A stretch of 48,333 bases of DNA, taken from an uncultured Thermococci archaeon. Lineage in GTDB: Archaea; CAYQAE01; CAYVLA01. The stretch lies in assembly GCA_964549615.1 (NCBI GenBank), contig CAZJVP010000078.1:1-48333 (forward strand), written 5' to 3'. The translations under genes and the position numbers were made by a program. Shown here piece after piece: positions 9,495-19,934 of this stretch. How positions within the stretch are numbered: the stretch's first letter is position 1; each line of letters opens with the position of its first letter. The notes below the pieces were generated by a model, which was given only the letters and a program-made list of their open reading frames with translations, searched no databases and was not told where the DNA came from.

Positions 9495-10127
9495 ATGACT
9501 GAGGAGCTCCCTGCCAAGTTGAAGGGCAAGACGGCCGTAGAAGTGGAGGGGTCCATGCTCGGGGTGATCGAGGAGGTCGAGCCCCAGATCAAGGAGGGGG
9601 GCATAATCTTCAAGGTAAGCATTGTGCCGACCGGCAACTATTTCCGAGGCAAGTCCTCTTTCGTCTCGCGCAAGGTCAAGTACCTTTCTGCCAGGGACAT
9701 CCTGAGCGTGGGAAAGGACTGCGTCATAATCAGTTATGGTAGGATACCTCCCTTGGGCGAGATAGACGGCCTACTTGAGATCGCACGCAAGCACCAGAGC
9801 CTGAGCAACGACCTGGAGAACCTGCGCAGGGAATACCTCAGCAAACTGGAGGAGAACAAGCGGATGGCCCAGGATCTCGAGCTTGCCAAGGAGAAGGCAA
9901 GCAGGCTCGCTCGGATGGAGGAGGAATACGAGACCCTGAAGGAGACGGTGATAGAGCAGGAGGGAAAGCTGAAGATCGCCCGCGACTACGTCGGGGTCAT
10001 GGAGGAGCTTGAGAACATGATAAGGGCCCTGAGGGACGACATCAAGGGAATGGAGGACATCGAGAAGGTCGTCAGGGCCATAGTCAACGAGGAACTCGAC
10101 GCGAGGGGGCTCAGGAAGACCTACTAG
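9495..10127 (+). CDS. PRC-barrel plus coiled-coil protein (CdvA-like architecture)
   Basis: LKGKTAVEVEGSMLGVIEEV...DILSVGKDCVII PRC-like pattern followed by a ~110 aa E/K/L-rich coiled coil. Confidence 0.65.
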   Translation: MTEELPAKLKGKTAVEVEGSMLGVIEEVEPQIKEGGIIFKVSIVPTGNYFRGKSSFVSRKVKYLSARDILSVGKDCVIISYGRIPPLGEIDGLLEIARKHQSLSNDLENLRREYLSKLEENKRMAQDLELAKEKASRLARMEEEYETLKETVIEQEGKLKIARDYVGVMEELENMIRALRDDIKGMEDIEKVVRAIVNEELDARGLRKTY

Positions 10128-10297
10128 CCAGCTGGCCTAAAGACGTGCAACAGGGCCACGAGGAAGGCGATGACGATGCAAGCAGCGATGACGACCTGGG
10201 GGCTGAGTTTCACCCCGCGGGCCTCCTCGTCGAAGAAGCGCATGAGGCCTGCGCCGGTCGGTGGCAACCTGCCCTCCTGTCTGGATCTCTTGGCCAT
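10124..10297 (-). CDS. secG: Preprotein translocase subunit Sec61beta/SecG (57 aa; absent from the ORF track)
   Basis: Translates to MAKRSRQEGRLPPTGAGLMRFFDEEARGVKLSPQVVIAACIVIAFLVALLHVFRPAG; AGLMRFF signature plus one TM helix. Confidence 0.93.
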   Translation of the reverse strand: MAKRSRQEGRLPPTGAGLMRFFDEEARGVKLSPQVVIAACIVIAFLVALLHVFRPAG

Positions 10298-10314
10298 TGA
10301 AGTCGCTTCGCGCA

Positions 10315-10329
10315 GAAAATTTATTAAAT
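10315..10329. promoter_or_regulatory. AT-rich (TATA-like) divergent promoter between secG and tRNA-Gly
   Basis: GAAAATTTATTAAAT about 30 nt upstream of the tRNA start and about 20 nt upstream of the secG start. Confidence 0.6.
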
Positions 10330-10355
10330 CTTTTTCAGTCGTCTGAGGTCCCCAG

Positions 10356-10447
10356 GCGGCCGTGGTCTAGTCCGGTTAGGACATGAGCTTCCCATTCTCC
10401 GGAGGAGAGAGCTCATTGCCCGGGTTCAAATCCCGGCGGCCGCACCA
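10356..10447 (+). tRNA. tRNA-Gly(CCC) with canonical 15-nt intron (10395-10409) and encoded CCA
   Basis: Acceptor GCGGCCG/CGGCCGC, anticodon stem TGAGC/GCTCA, BHB central helix TTCC/GGAG. Confidence 0.95.
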
Positions 10448-10851
10448 TTCCACGAAAGTCTCTTGATGCCTTTCGCCCCTTCTGGGTCAGGTGCAGGCCG
10501 TAGCCTGGGAATAACAGATGGATCAAAGCCCAGGTTGAGATGATCGCGGCTGGGATCTTTTTCCTTGCCTGTGGCTGGGCGACGGGTAGCTGGGTCGCGC
10601 TATGGAGGCGAGGATCCACTTGGGTAACTTGTTCAGGAAAACGGAGTCTGAAGAGCTCGGACATCTCGTCAGGTTGCTGTTCCGCCTTCGCCAAGAACGC
10701 CGGGCGCTCAAGACCGAAGGGGAAAGGCCTAGATGGGGGCAGCGCGTTCCAGCCAGGCTGGAGTTCTTGCCCCGTGCTTCCCGCGGACCTACCATGCAGA
10801 GTTCGTCTGAGGCCCAAACCCCGACAAGATCCTTGCAAACCCTTCCTGGCC

Positions 10852-11715
10852 CTAGACGGACCCGAGCAGGAAACCCAGCAGGCCTATCGTCAGCGCAACG
10901 AGGCTCATGCGCCTCAACAGTGTGGCTTCCTCAGGTTTGGAAAGCCGCAGGGCTCTGACGGTCACGTACATGAGGATAAAGTCGGCGACAAGGACCGGTA
11001 CCATGTAGGCAATGTTGCGGTGGTAAGACCCGGACGCCCTTGAAAGGAAGGGTACCGGGCTCAACGATATCGCTGCCAACGTGCAGAGCGCCGATACCCT
11101 CGCTGCGTAGGGGATGCCCTTTGTGCGCGCCACTGTCTTGGTTCCCCTCACGGAATCGCCTTCGTAGTCCATTATCCCCTTCAGAACCTCCCTGCCCACG
11201 CCGGCTAGGAAGGCGATCGAGGAGAGCACCAGGATGGCAACGGGCATTACGCCTCCCGCTGCGACCGATCCGTAGATGAACGGTATGGCCATCGTGGATG
11301 CGATGAAGAGATTTCCGGGCAGTCCCGTGTCTTTCAGGCGGAAGTTGTAGCCTAGAGCGAACGCTGAGAAGAGGACCGCGATCAAGAAGCACCCAACATT
11401 GATGGCCGAGCAGAGCAAAAGACCGACCGGAAAACCCGTCAGAAAGACCAATCTTGCCTCCCCGGGCGATAAATCCCCCCTGACGAGCGGACGGTCGAGC
11501 CTCCGACCTTTCATGTCACCCTCCCTGTCGCAGTAGTCATTCATGGCGAACGTCGACGCGCCCAGCATGAAGGGTCCCCAGAAGCCAAGGACAGCCTGGC
11601 GAAGGGGAGGAGCCCCACCAAGTGAGACGATCTCTCCGACGATGACCCCGGCGCCGAGCATGATCTGATTGGGCACGATCCTCATCAGGTCGAGGTATGC
11701 CCTTGCCTTTCGCAT
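10852..11715 (-). CDS. Digeranylgeranylglyceryl phosphate synthase (UbiA family)
   Basis: NDYCDREGD..RP and REVLKGIMDYEGD motifs; adjacent to GGGP synthase. Confidence 0.88.
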   Translation of the reverse strand: MRKARAYLDLMRIVPNQIMLGAGVIVGEIVSLGGAPPLRQAVLGFWGPFMLGASTFAMNDYCDREGDMKGRRLDRPLVRGDLSPGEARLVFLTGFPVGLLLCSAINVGCFLIAVLFSAFALGYNFRLKDTGLPGNLFIASTMAIPFIYGSVAAGGVMPVAILVLSSIAFLAGVGREVLKGIMDYEGDSVRGTKTVARTKGIPYAARVSALCTLAAISLSPVPFLSRASGSYHRNIAYMVPVLVADFILMYVTVRALRLSKPEEATLLRRMSLVALTIGLLGFLLGSV

Positions 11716-11749
11716 CTTGCTGCACTAGCCTGGCTCGGACCCATATATA

Positions 11750-12508
11750 TCATTTGGCGGCTGGCGGTGCCCCGGACCTTAGGTATTCGATCACGGCCGC
11801 GACACGCCTGTTCGCCCCACTATCCTCCTCCACCGCACTACCCTGGACGACGATGTCCGCCCCGGCGTCGGCGACCAGCCTCGCATCTTCGACCGTCCGC
11901 ACGCCTCCGCCCACGATCAAAGGTATCTTGACCGAGTCCTTCACCGCCTCGATCAGCTTGGCAGGCACCGGCCTCTCGGCCCCAGATCCAGCCTCCAGGT
12001 ATACGCACTTCATTCCGAAGAACTCGGCGACCATCGCGTAGGCGCTCGCCAGGTCAGGCCTATCGCGGGGGATGAGTCTCGCCCTGCCCAGCCTGCCCAC
12101 GGTCTGGCCGGGCTCCACGATGATGTATCCCACCGATATCACCTCTACGCCCAGCTTCTTCAGGATCCTCGCGCTCTGCGCGTGGGCCCCCGTTATGAAG
12201 TACGGGTCCCTGGAGTTGAGAAGGCTGATGTAGAACACCGCGTCAGCCTTGTCGGTCAGTCCCTTGGGCGACCCGGGGAAGAGTATCGTGGGGATCGTGC
12301 ACCGTTCCCTTACTGCCTGGCAGGTCTTCTCAACGACCGATCCGTCCGTCGCAGTGGATCCGCCGATCATTATGCCGTCGGTGCCCGCCCTCTCGGCCTC
12401 GCAGGCAATTCGGCCCGCGACCAGTGGAGGCTGTTTGTCGGGATCGATGAGCGTCAGGTGAGCTTTTCTCGCCTCGATCGTTTTCAGCAGCCTTTCGTAG
12501 ACCAACAT
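11750..12508 (-). CDS. Geranylgeranylglyceryl phosphate synthase (group II)
   Basis: TLIDPDK, GGS, LFPG, SLLNSRDP, YLEAGSGA, VGGGVR. Confidence 0.95.
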   Translation of the reverse strand: MLVYERLLKTIEARKAHLTLIDPDKQPPLVAGRIACEAERAGTDGIMIGGSTATDGSVVEKTCQAVRERCTIPTILFPGSPKGLTDKADAVFYISLLNSRDPYFITGAHAQSARILKKLGVEVISVGYIIVEPGQTVGRLGRARLIPRDRPDLASAYAMVAEFFGMKCVYLEAGSGAERPVPAKLIEAVKDSVKIPLIVGGGVRTVEDARLVADAGADIVVQGSAVEEDSGANRRVAAVIEYLRSGAPPAAK

Positions 12509-12604
12509 CGCGACTTCTTTCCATGGGAGGCCGGTAATATAAGGGTTCCCTGGGAAGGCTTCGGTCTCATGAGCACCGGCGAAAGACGGATTGCGAGCGG
12601 GCGA

Positions 12605-13723
12605 TCATTCCACCAGCCTGTAAAGGGTATCCCTCTGGACAGGGTCCCTTCCGAGGTCCGTGATCAGCTGCCTTATCTCGGCAGGCGTCATCGACGTGCC
12701 CGAGCATGCTCCAGCGCTCCTGGAGATGTTCTCCTCCATCAAGGTTCCGCCGAAGTCGTTTGCCCCGCAGGTCAGGGCAACTTGGGCAAGCTTCCTGCCC
12801 ATCTTGACCCAGGAAACTTGGATGTTGGGAAGGATCGAACCGAACGTGAGCCTCGCCGCCGCGATGACCCTCATGTCGTCCGCGCCCGACGGTCCGCCGG
12901 GGAGGAACGCTGATATGGGCGAAGTCCCGTGCACGAAGGGCAGTGGAACGAATTCGGTGAATCCGTGCGTGGTTTCCTGGATCGTGCGGATCCTCACCAG
13001 GTGTTGCGCCCTCTCTGCGAGGGTTTCGACGGTTCCGTACATCATCGTGCTGGTAGTCGGAATCCCCATCCGGTGTGCGGTGACAATTATCTCCTCCCAC
13101 CTGTCCGAAGAGATCTTGTTCGGGCAGATGATCCTCCTGACCCTATCCACGAGGATCTCGGCGGCGGTGCCCGGGATGCTGTCGAGCCCGGACTCGGCCA
13201 GGATGGTGAGGGTCTCCTTGGTCGAAAGACCGGCCTTCCGAGCGACGTGGTCAATCTCCATAGGAGAAAAACCGTGGACGTGGACCCCCGGCATCTCCTC
13301 CTTCACGGTCCGAAGCAGGTCCACTAGGTACGCGATGTCCGTCTGCGGGTTGATGCCCCCCTGGATGCAAACCTCGGTCGCACCGAAGGCTCTGGCCCCT
13401 CTCACTTTGTGCCGGACCTGTTCCATGTTGAGCAGGTATGCATCCGGGTCCGCGGGATCGCGGGCAAAGCCGCAGAAAGCGCACCTGCAGCTGCACACGT
13501 TGGTGAAGTTAATGTTGCGATTCACAACGTAGGTCACGACGTTGCCGACGATCCTATCCCGCAGGGCATCCGCGGCAAGGCACAGGATGGAGAACTCCCG
13601 GCCTTTGGCCCTCAGCAGGGTTTCCACCTCGGAGGCTCGCAGGCGCTCACCAGCAAGTCCTCGGAGGACGGCCTCCTTGAAAGCAGGATCGATCTGGGGT
13701 AGCTCGCCTATGTCGAGAGCCAT
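12605..13723 (-). CDS. cofH: FO synthase subunit CofH
   Basis: TYVVNRNINFTNVC, CxxxCxxC, PGTAAEIL, TMMYG, NIQVSWVK, NDFGGTLMEENIS. Confidence 0.95.
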   Translation of the reverse strand: MALDIGELPQIDPAFKEAVLRGLAGERLRASEVETLLRAKGREFSILCLAADALRDRIVGNVVTYVVNRNINFTNVCSCRCAFCGFARDPADPDAYLLNMEQVRHKVRGARAFGATEVCIQGGINPQTDIAYLVDLLRTVKEEMPGVHVHGFSPMEIDHVARKAGLSTKETLTILAESGLDSIPGTAAEILVDRVRRIICPNKISSDRWEEIIVTAHRMGIPTTSTMMYGTVETLAERAQHLVRIRTIQETTHGFTEFVPLPFVHGTSPISAFLPGGPSGADDMRVIAAARLTFGSILPNIQVSWVKMGRKLAQVALTCGANDFGGTLMEENISRSAGACSGTSMTPAEIRQLITDLGRDPVQRDTLYRLVE

Positions 13724-14880
13724 AGACCCTCCTCGCGAAGGGTTTCCATCTTCGAGATCCACGTTCTTGCCCTGGCCAGAATCCGAGGCGACAAGAACTC
13801 GGGCCGCACAAATGTCGGGTAAACTGGCGGCCGCATGTGCAGGCGCAGCCCCATCGAGGAAACCCTCTTAAAGATTTCTTCCTCTCGACACCACGCCGCT
13901 TCAGGGTTTATGTAGTCCGGGGTGAGCGGGGACAGCCCTCCGAGGTCGTTGGCTCCCGCGTTGAGGAAGGCTTCGAATTCCGGCTCTATGTTCGGCGGCA
14001 CCTGGAGGTTCATGGATGGCCCAAAGATCAGCCTGGCGACCGAGAATATGTTGAGCATCAGGTCCGTCGAGGGGGGGCAGGCGGACGCCATGGGGGTCCC
14101 GGGTTTGGGGACGAACCTTTGAATGATTATTTCCTGAATATGGCCGAACCTGTCCTGTATCGACTTCAGGACCATCAGCGAGCGGACGATTTCGCGTTCG
14201 GTCTGCCCTATCCCTATGAGAAGGCCGGTGGTAAACGGAATTCTAAGCTTGCCAGCCTCCTCGATGGTTCGGATTCTTCGTCCCGGATTCTTGCCCGGAG
14301 ACCCTTCGTGCGGCATCCCTTTTCCGCCAAGCCTTGGGCTCGCATCCTCGAGCATCAGGCCGAGGCTTGCGTTCGTCTCCTTCAATCTCTCAAGCTCATC
14401 CGGATCGAGCACGCCCACGTTCGTGTGGGGCAGGAGCCCGGTCTCGTCAAGCGTCTTCTCGCAAAGCCATGCAACATAATCCGGCGTTGAACGAAAGCCC
14501 TGGCCTTTCAAGAAGGCTCGGGCCCGCGGGTAAACGTGCTCTGGCCTCTCCCCAGACATGAAAAGTGCCTCGCAGCAACCCAGCTCTTGGGCCCTAGAGA
14601 GCGTCCGGGAAATCTCCGGCCAGCCCAGGAAACTCCCGGCATCGCTTCTAAAGCCGCAGTAATGGCACCGGTTCCTGCACAGGTTTGTCACCGGGATCGT
14701 GACGTTCCGAGAGAAGGTGACGGCCCTCCCGGTCCGGTCCTTGGCGATTTGACGAAGCCTGTCGTGTGCCGGGTGCGGCAATGTTAGTAGAAATTCAGCC
14801 TCGTCTTCGCTGGGGGGTTCCTTCCCAAGCCTGTTCCAGTCAATGGTTGGCTGAGGATGAGCTTGCTCGGATCTCATCAA
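13708..14880 (-). CDS. cofG: FO synthase subunit CofG
   Basis: TFSRNVTIPVTNLCRNRCHYC, LLPHTN, FTTGLLIGIG, QVPPN, DLGGLSPLTPDYINPE. Confidence 0.95.
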   Translation of the reverse strand: MMRSEQAHPQPTIDWNRLGKEPPSEDEAEFLLTLPHPAHDRLRQIAKDRTGRAVTFSRNVTIPVTNLCRNRCHYCGFRSDAGSFLGWPEISRTLSRAQELGCCEALFMSGERPEHVYPRARAFLKGQGFRSTPDYVAWLCEKTLDETGLLPHTNVGVLDPDELERLKETNASLGLMLEDASPRLGGKGMPHEGSPGKNPGRRIRTIEEAGKLRIPFTTGLLIGIGQTEREIVRSLMVLKSIQDRFGHIQEIIIQRFVPKPGTPMASACPPSTDLMLNIFSVARLIFGPSMNLQVPPNIEPEFEAFLNAGANDLGGLSPLTPDYINPEAAWCREEEIFKRVSSMGLRLHMRPPVYPTFVRPEFLSPRILARARTWISKMETLREEGLWLST

Positions 14881-15562
14881 TGATCTCTCCTAGCCTCGCA
14901 ACCGAGGCCTCGAAGAAGGCCTTTCCCTTCTGCTCGGACGCAAACGCGGCTCCGCCGAAGGAGCCGACCGAGGTCAGTTCCTCGGAGCGCCAACCCCTTA
15001 GGTAAGCCTTCCCGCCCTTGATGGAGATGCTCTCCCTCGGTCCATTGTCGGACGGGCGTACGAGGCTGGGTCCTATGAAAAGCATCATCGATGTCTCGAA
15101 CTCCCCAGCGTGCTCCATTCCAAGCTCGCTCTGACCTGTCGCTGCCAGCATGGTGTCGTGCATGACCCTCCAGAAGTGGATAGGGGTTACATTCCGTCTT
15201 TGCATCTCCCTCACGAGCGCTTCCAATGCGGGGGAGTTGCCCCCGTGGAAGTTCACGATGTAGATTCGCTTGAACCATCTTCCGAGGCAAGCGACCGTTC
15301 CCTCGACCAGGTCTAGGAAGACCTTCATCCCGATGTCGATCGTGCCGGGGAAGTTGGCGTGTTCGGGCGAGAATGGGAGTGAGAGGGTGGGGCAGACCGC
15401 CATCCGCTTCCTCGCGGCAACCTCGTCGCAGACCGTTTCGGCTATCAGGCTGTCCGTTCCGAGCGGAAGATGGCGCCCGTGCTGCTCAGTGCTTCCTACC
15501 GGAAAGATGACTTCTTCGAATTCGCCCACCTGCTCGCAACTCATCTCCGAGAGCCTACCCAT
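14840..15562 (-). CDS. arfB: Creatininase family; probable FAPy formamide hydrolase ArfB
   Basis: PVGSTEQHGRHLPLGTD, NFHGGN, HAGEFETS; lies inside the riboflavin operon. Confidence 0.8.
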   Translation of the reverse strand: MGRLSEMSCEQVGEFEEVIFPVGSTEQHGRHLPLGTDSLIAETVCDEVAARKRMAVCPTLSLPFSPEHANFPGTIDIGMKVFLDLVEGTVACLGRWFKRIYIVNFHGGNSPALEALVREMQRRNVTPIHFWRVMHDTMLAATGQSELGMEHAGEFETSMMLFIGPSLVRPSDNGPRESISIKGGKAYLRGWRSEELTSVGSFGGAAFASEQKGKAFFEASVARLGEIIDEIRASSSSANH

Positions 15563-16220
15563 TCTTGCCACCTTTCACCTTGAACGTCAATACCACGTCT
15601 TCGCCGCACCTTGCGACGTCGCAGAGATCGAGCCTGAATGCTTCCTCGATCCTTGAGATCCCATCCCCCTCCACCAACGTGACTGCATCGCGGCCGCCGA
15701 TAACCAGCGGCGCTATTGCGATCGATATCTCGTCAACCAGCCCGGCCTCCAACATGCTCCAGTTGAGATTGCCCCCGCCCTCAAGAAGGATCCGTCTCAG
15801 TCCCCTCTTATGCAGCTCGCTCAGAAGTTGATTCAGGTTCACCTTGGACTCCCCCACGATTATCACCTCGGCCTTACCTGAGAGCTCCCCGATCCTCAGT
15901 GGATCCGCCCTCTTTGAGGCCGCGATGATGATCTTGCCAGGGAAGCGGAATATCCTTGCATTCGAAGGGGTCCGAAGCGAGCTGTCCACGACTATCCTCG
16001 CGGGCGGGGCCCCGGCTCGGGCCGTCTTGAGCCTCAGCGACGGATCGTCGGCGAGGAGGGTGTTTATTCCTATCATTATGCCGTCCACGGAGGCCCTGAG
16101 CTTCTGAGTTCTCTCAAGATCCTCCGGGCACGAGATCCTAGCTCTCCCCGCCTTGGTCGCTATCTTTCCGTCTAGGCTCATTGCGGCGTTGAGGATGACG
16201 TATGGCCTGTCCAGCGTCAT
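15555..16220 (-). CDS. arfC: 2,5-diamino-6-ribosylamino-4(3H)-pyrimidinone 5'-phosphate reductase
   Basis: AMSLDGKIA, GINTLLADDPSL, LLEGGG; stand-alone reductase with no deaminase domain. Confidence 0.92.
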   Translation of the reverse strand: MTLDRPYVILNAAMSLDGKIATKAGRARISCPEDLERTQKLRASVDGIMIGINTLLADDPSLRLKTARAGAPPARIVVDSSLRTPSNARIFRFPGKIIIAASKRADPLRIGELSGKAEVIIVGESKVNLNQLLSELHKRGLRRILLEGGGNLNWSMLEAGLVDEISIAIAPLVIGGRDAVTLVEGDGISRIEEAFRLDLCDVARCGEDVVLTFKVKGGKNG

Positions 16221-17326
16221 CCTCCTTTCCTCCCGTCTAGGATGATGCGCCCGTCTTTGACTACGAGCGCGACGTTCTCGGGACCCGCCCTCTTGACTAT
16301 GGCAGCGTGCACATCGTTGGCATAGCTCATCGTCTTGCGCCTCTGGAGTACGACTAGGTCCGCCGCCTTTCCCTCTTCTATCGCTCCCCTTTGTGGCCAG
16401 ATTCCGGCGACCTTCGCAGCAGCAGAAGTGGCCATCTTCAGCACATCTCTGGGTCGCTTGTCTTTCATGATGGCCAGCGCCATCTCCATCTCCCTGAAAA
16501 GGTTGGGTGAGCTGATCATGCAGTTGTCCGTTCCGAGGCCAAACTCGACCTCTTCGTGCAACAGTCGATCGATTGGCGGAAGGCCCAGCCCCAGCGAGAA
16601 GTTGCAACGCGGACAGACCGCGGCTTTCTTGCCCCTGTCTGCAATCGTCCGAATCTCCCCCGGCTTGGCGTGCGTGAGATGCACAAGGATGTCCGCGTCG
16701 AGCGACTCGACGGCTCGCTCAATCTCTCCCGGTCTCCAGCGGGCCTCGAGGACGTGAACCGCAACCCTGCTCTTCGAGGCGGCTCTTCGGATCTCCTTAA
16801 GCCCCTCATCGCTGTAAGCCGTCACCCTGTCGAGGCCTATGCCGTCGGCAACCCTCAGGATTTCGGACGTCTCCTGAAATAGATCGGCTTCCGCCCCCTT
16901 GGGTCTACCGTATGCGAGGCCCCTGATCTTTCTTATGGCTTCTCTGAAAAGCAGCACGCCGGGCAAGCCCTGTTCCCTGAAGTCGAGAAAGGATGTCGTT
17001 CCGCACGCGACCATCTCGTTCTCGGCGGCCGACATTCCAGCTACCAGCTCCTCGGGTTTTGCCCGACGAAGGAGCACGTGTTTCAAGCCGCTTGGGCTCT
17101 TCACAAGCTCATCCAGCGATAGATGCATCCCCATGTCCTTGAAGCGGTAGTCGCCTATGTGCGTGTGGCAGTTGATGAGCCCCGGCATGACCAAGGCCTT
17201 GGCTCGGCAGTTTCTGGTCTCCACCACCTCCCGGATGAGCCCCGATTCGACGACGACGTACCCTGGGATAGGCTCAAGCTCCTCGCCGGCTAGGATGAGG
17301 CCTCGCAAGATCAAGGGACCAATCAC
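16217..17326 (-). CDS. Amidohydrolase superfamily, deaminase subtype
   Basis: PGLINCHTH, VHVLE, VHLTH, CPRCN, LGTDN, G.IEEGK.AD. Confidence 0.88.
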   Translation of the reverse strand: MIGPLILRGLILAGEELEPIPGYVVVESGLIREVVETRNCRAKALVMPGLINCHTHIGDYRFKDMGMHLSLDELVKSPSGLKHVLLRRAKPEELVAGMSAAENEMVACGTTSFLDFREQGLPGVLLFREAIRKIRGLAYGRPKGAEADLFQETSEILRVADGIGLDRVTAYSDEGLKEIRRAASKSRVAVHVLEARWRPGEIERAVESLDADILVHLTHAKPGEIRTIADRGKKAAVCPRCNFSLGLGLPPIDRLLHEEVEFGLGTDNCMISSPNLFREMEMALAIMKDKRPRDVLKMATSAAAKVAGIWPQRGAIEEGKAADLVVLQRRKTMSYANDVHAAIVKRAGPENVALVVKDGRIILDGRKGG

Positions 17327-17337
17327 GCGCCCGATCT

Positions 17338-17793
17338 CTACTCGATCACCAGAGGCGTCTCGGTCGACTGCTTGGATGCCTGCCTCATCCTCCGCGTCAG
17401 CTTGACCGCAGCCTCGACGGATCTCTTGGCGTACTCGTCGATCCTCGCCGTTGCTTGGGCCCGCGTCATCCTCGGCCCTGCCACCCCTAGTGCCACTGGC
17501 TTGTCGAACTCCAAAGCAAGGTCGGCTATCTTCCGGCTCACCTGGGCCGAGACAACCTTGTCATGCTCGGTTTCGCCCTCGATGACCATGCCGAGTGTGG
17601 CGACGGCGTCTACGTCCTTCCTCTTCAGAAGCGCCCTTATGGCTAGGGGCATATCGAAAGCCCCGGGCACCTTGAAGACCACGTTCACCTTTGCGCCGAG
17701 GAACTTCGCGTGTTCCAATGCCCTCTGCAGCATCAGGGCAGTCAGGTCGTAGTTGAACTCCGACACGACGATGCCTAGATTCACGCTTTCCAT
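17338..17793 (-). CDS. ribH: 6,7-dimethyl-8-ribityllumazine synthase
   Basis: [30 protein letters not shown]. Confidence 0.96.
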   Translation of the reverse strand: MESVNLGIVVSEFNYDLTALMLQRALEHAKFLGAKVNVVFKVPGAFDMPLAIRALLKRKDVDAVATLGMVIEGETEHDKVVSAQVSRKIADLALEFDKPVALGVAGPRMTRAQATARIDEYAKRSVEAAVKLTRRMRQASKQSTETPLVIE

Positions 17794-17807
17794 GGGTTTC
17801 TCACCTC

Positions 17808-18955
<1,148 letters not shown>

Positions 18956-18960
18956 GCAGC

Positions 18961-19039
18961 TTCTCGAAAAAGAGTAACAGAAATATCTTGCCCTAAACGC
19001 GCCATACGCGATGCGGTGCGGTATACTCATCGGTGGGTA
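18961..19039. promoter_or_regulatory. Two imperfect palindromes (consensus TACTC-N6-GAGTA) in the ribB/HAD divergent region
   Basis: TTCTCgaaaaaGAGTA at 18961-18976 and TACTCatcggtGGGTA at 19024-19039, each 5-6 nt from a start codon. Confidence 0.5.
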
Positions 19040-19045
19040 GATAGG

Positions 19046-19831
19046 ATGTCGCTCGCAGCCCATATCCAGGCTTATCAGGGTTTCATACTCGACTTGGACG
19101 GCGTAGTCTATCTTCGAAAATTCGTGGTGCCAGGAGCCCCGCGATTCGTCGAAGAGCTCAAGGCGGGCGGAAAGAAATTCGTCTTTCTGACAAACAACTC
19201 AAGCAGGACGAGGGACGAGTACGCCGAGATCCTGTCTGGGTTTGGAATCGATGTGGATAGGGACCAAATCGTCACATCCGGCTACGCAACCTGTCTCCAC
19301 ATTCTCAGAAGGAAGCCAAAGGCTAGGATCCATGTGGTGGGCGAGAAGGGCCTTCTGCAGGAGCTGTCGAGCGCGGGCTTCCGCATCGTCAAGAAGCCTC
19401 CGGCGGACTACGTGGTCGTGGGCATCGACCGACATTTCACCTACTGCAAGCTTGCGCTCGCGGCCCATACGATCCGACAGGGTGCCAGGTTCGTGTCCAC
19501 GAATAGGGACGCCACATACCCGACGGAGGACGGCCCCTACCCCGGCGCTGGCAGCATCGTTGCAGCCGTGCAGACGGCTTCCGGGAAGAGGCCCACCGAT
19601 ATTGGCAAGCCGAACAGAGCGATCTTCGACATGTGCAGGGTCATCCTTGGGACCCCTCCAGGGAAGACTGTGGTGATCGGGGACCGCATCGAGACCGACA
19701 TCTTGGGTGGACAGAGGGCAGGCATGCACACCATCCTGGTCCTTTCCGGCGTGACCACCCTTGGCCAGCTGCGCCCGGGAAAGGTGCGACCGGACCTAGT
19801 GGTTGGCTCGGTGGCGGATCTGTTGGCCTAG
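19046..19831 (+). CDS. HAD-IIA (NagD-like) phosphatase
   Basis: DLDGVV, LTNNS, GKP, IGDRIETDI motifs. Confidence 0.92.
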   Translation: MSLAAHIQAYQGFILDLDGVVYLRKFVVPGAPRFVEELKAGGKKFVFLTNNSSRTRDEYAEILSGFGIDVDRDQIVTSGYATCLHILRRKPKARIHVVGEKGLLQELSSAGFRIVKKPPADYVVVGIDRHFTYCKLALAAHTIRQGARFVSTNRDATYPTEDGPYPGAGSIVAAVQTASGKRPTDIGKPNRAIFDMCRVILGTPPGKTVVIGDRIETDILGGQRAGMHTILVLSGVTTLGQLRPGKVRPDLVVGSVADLLA

Positions 19832-19934
19832 GCGACCAATGCGGGACGCCGGCCCATCATGCGACGTGCCATCATGGCCTTGGGCAAAAGTCTTTTTATC
19901 CCTGCGTCTCCAAGCGGGTGGGAAAGGTGTGGTC

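Noticed and set aside
10450-10850. Several short ORFs downstream of tRNA-Gly; possible integrated element
   Set aside because: No recognisable motifs, no tRNA 3' repeat and no integrase; I cannot choose a coding frame
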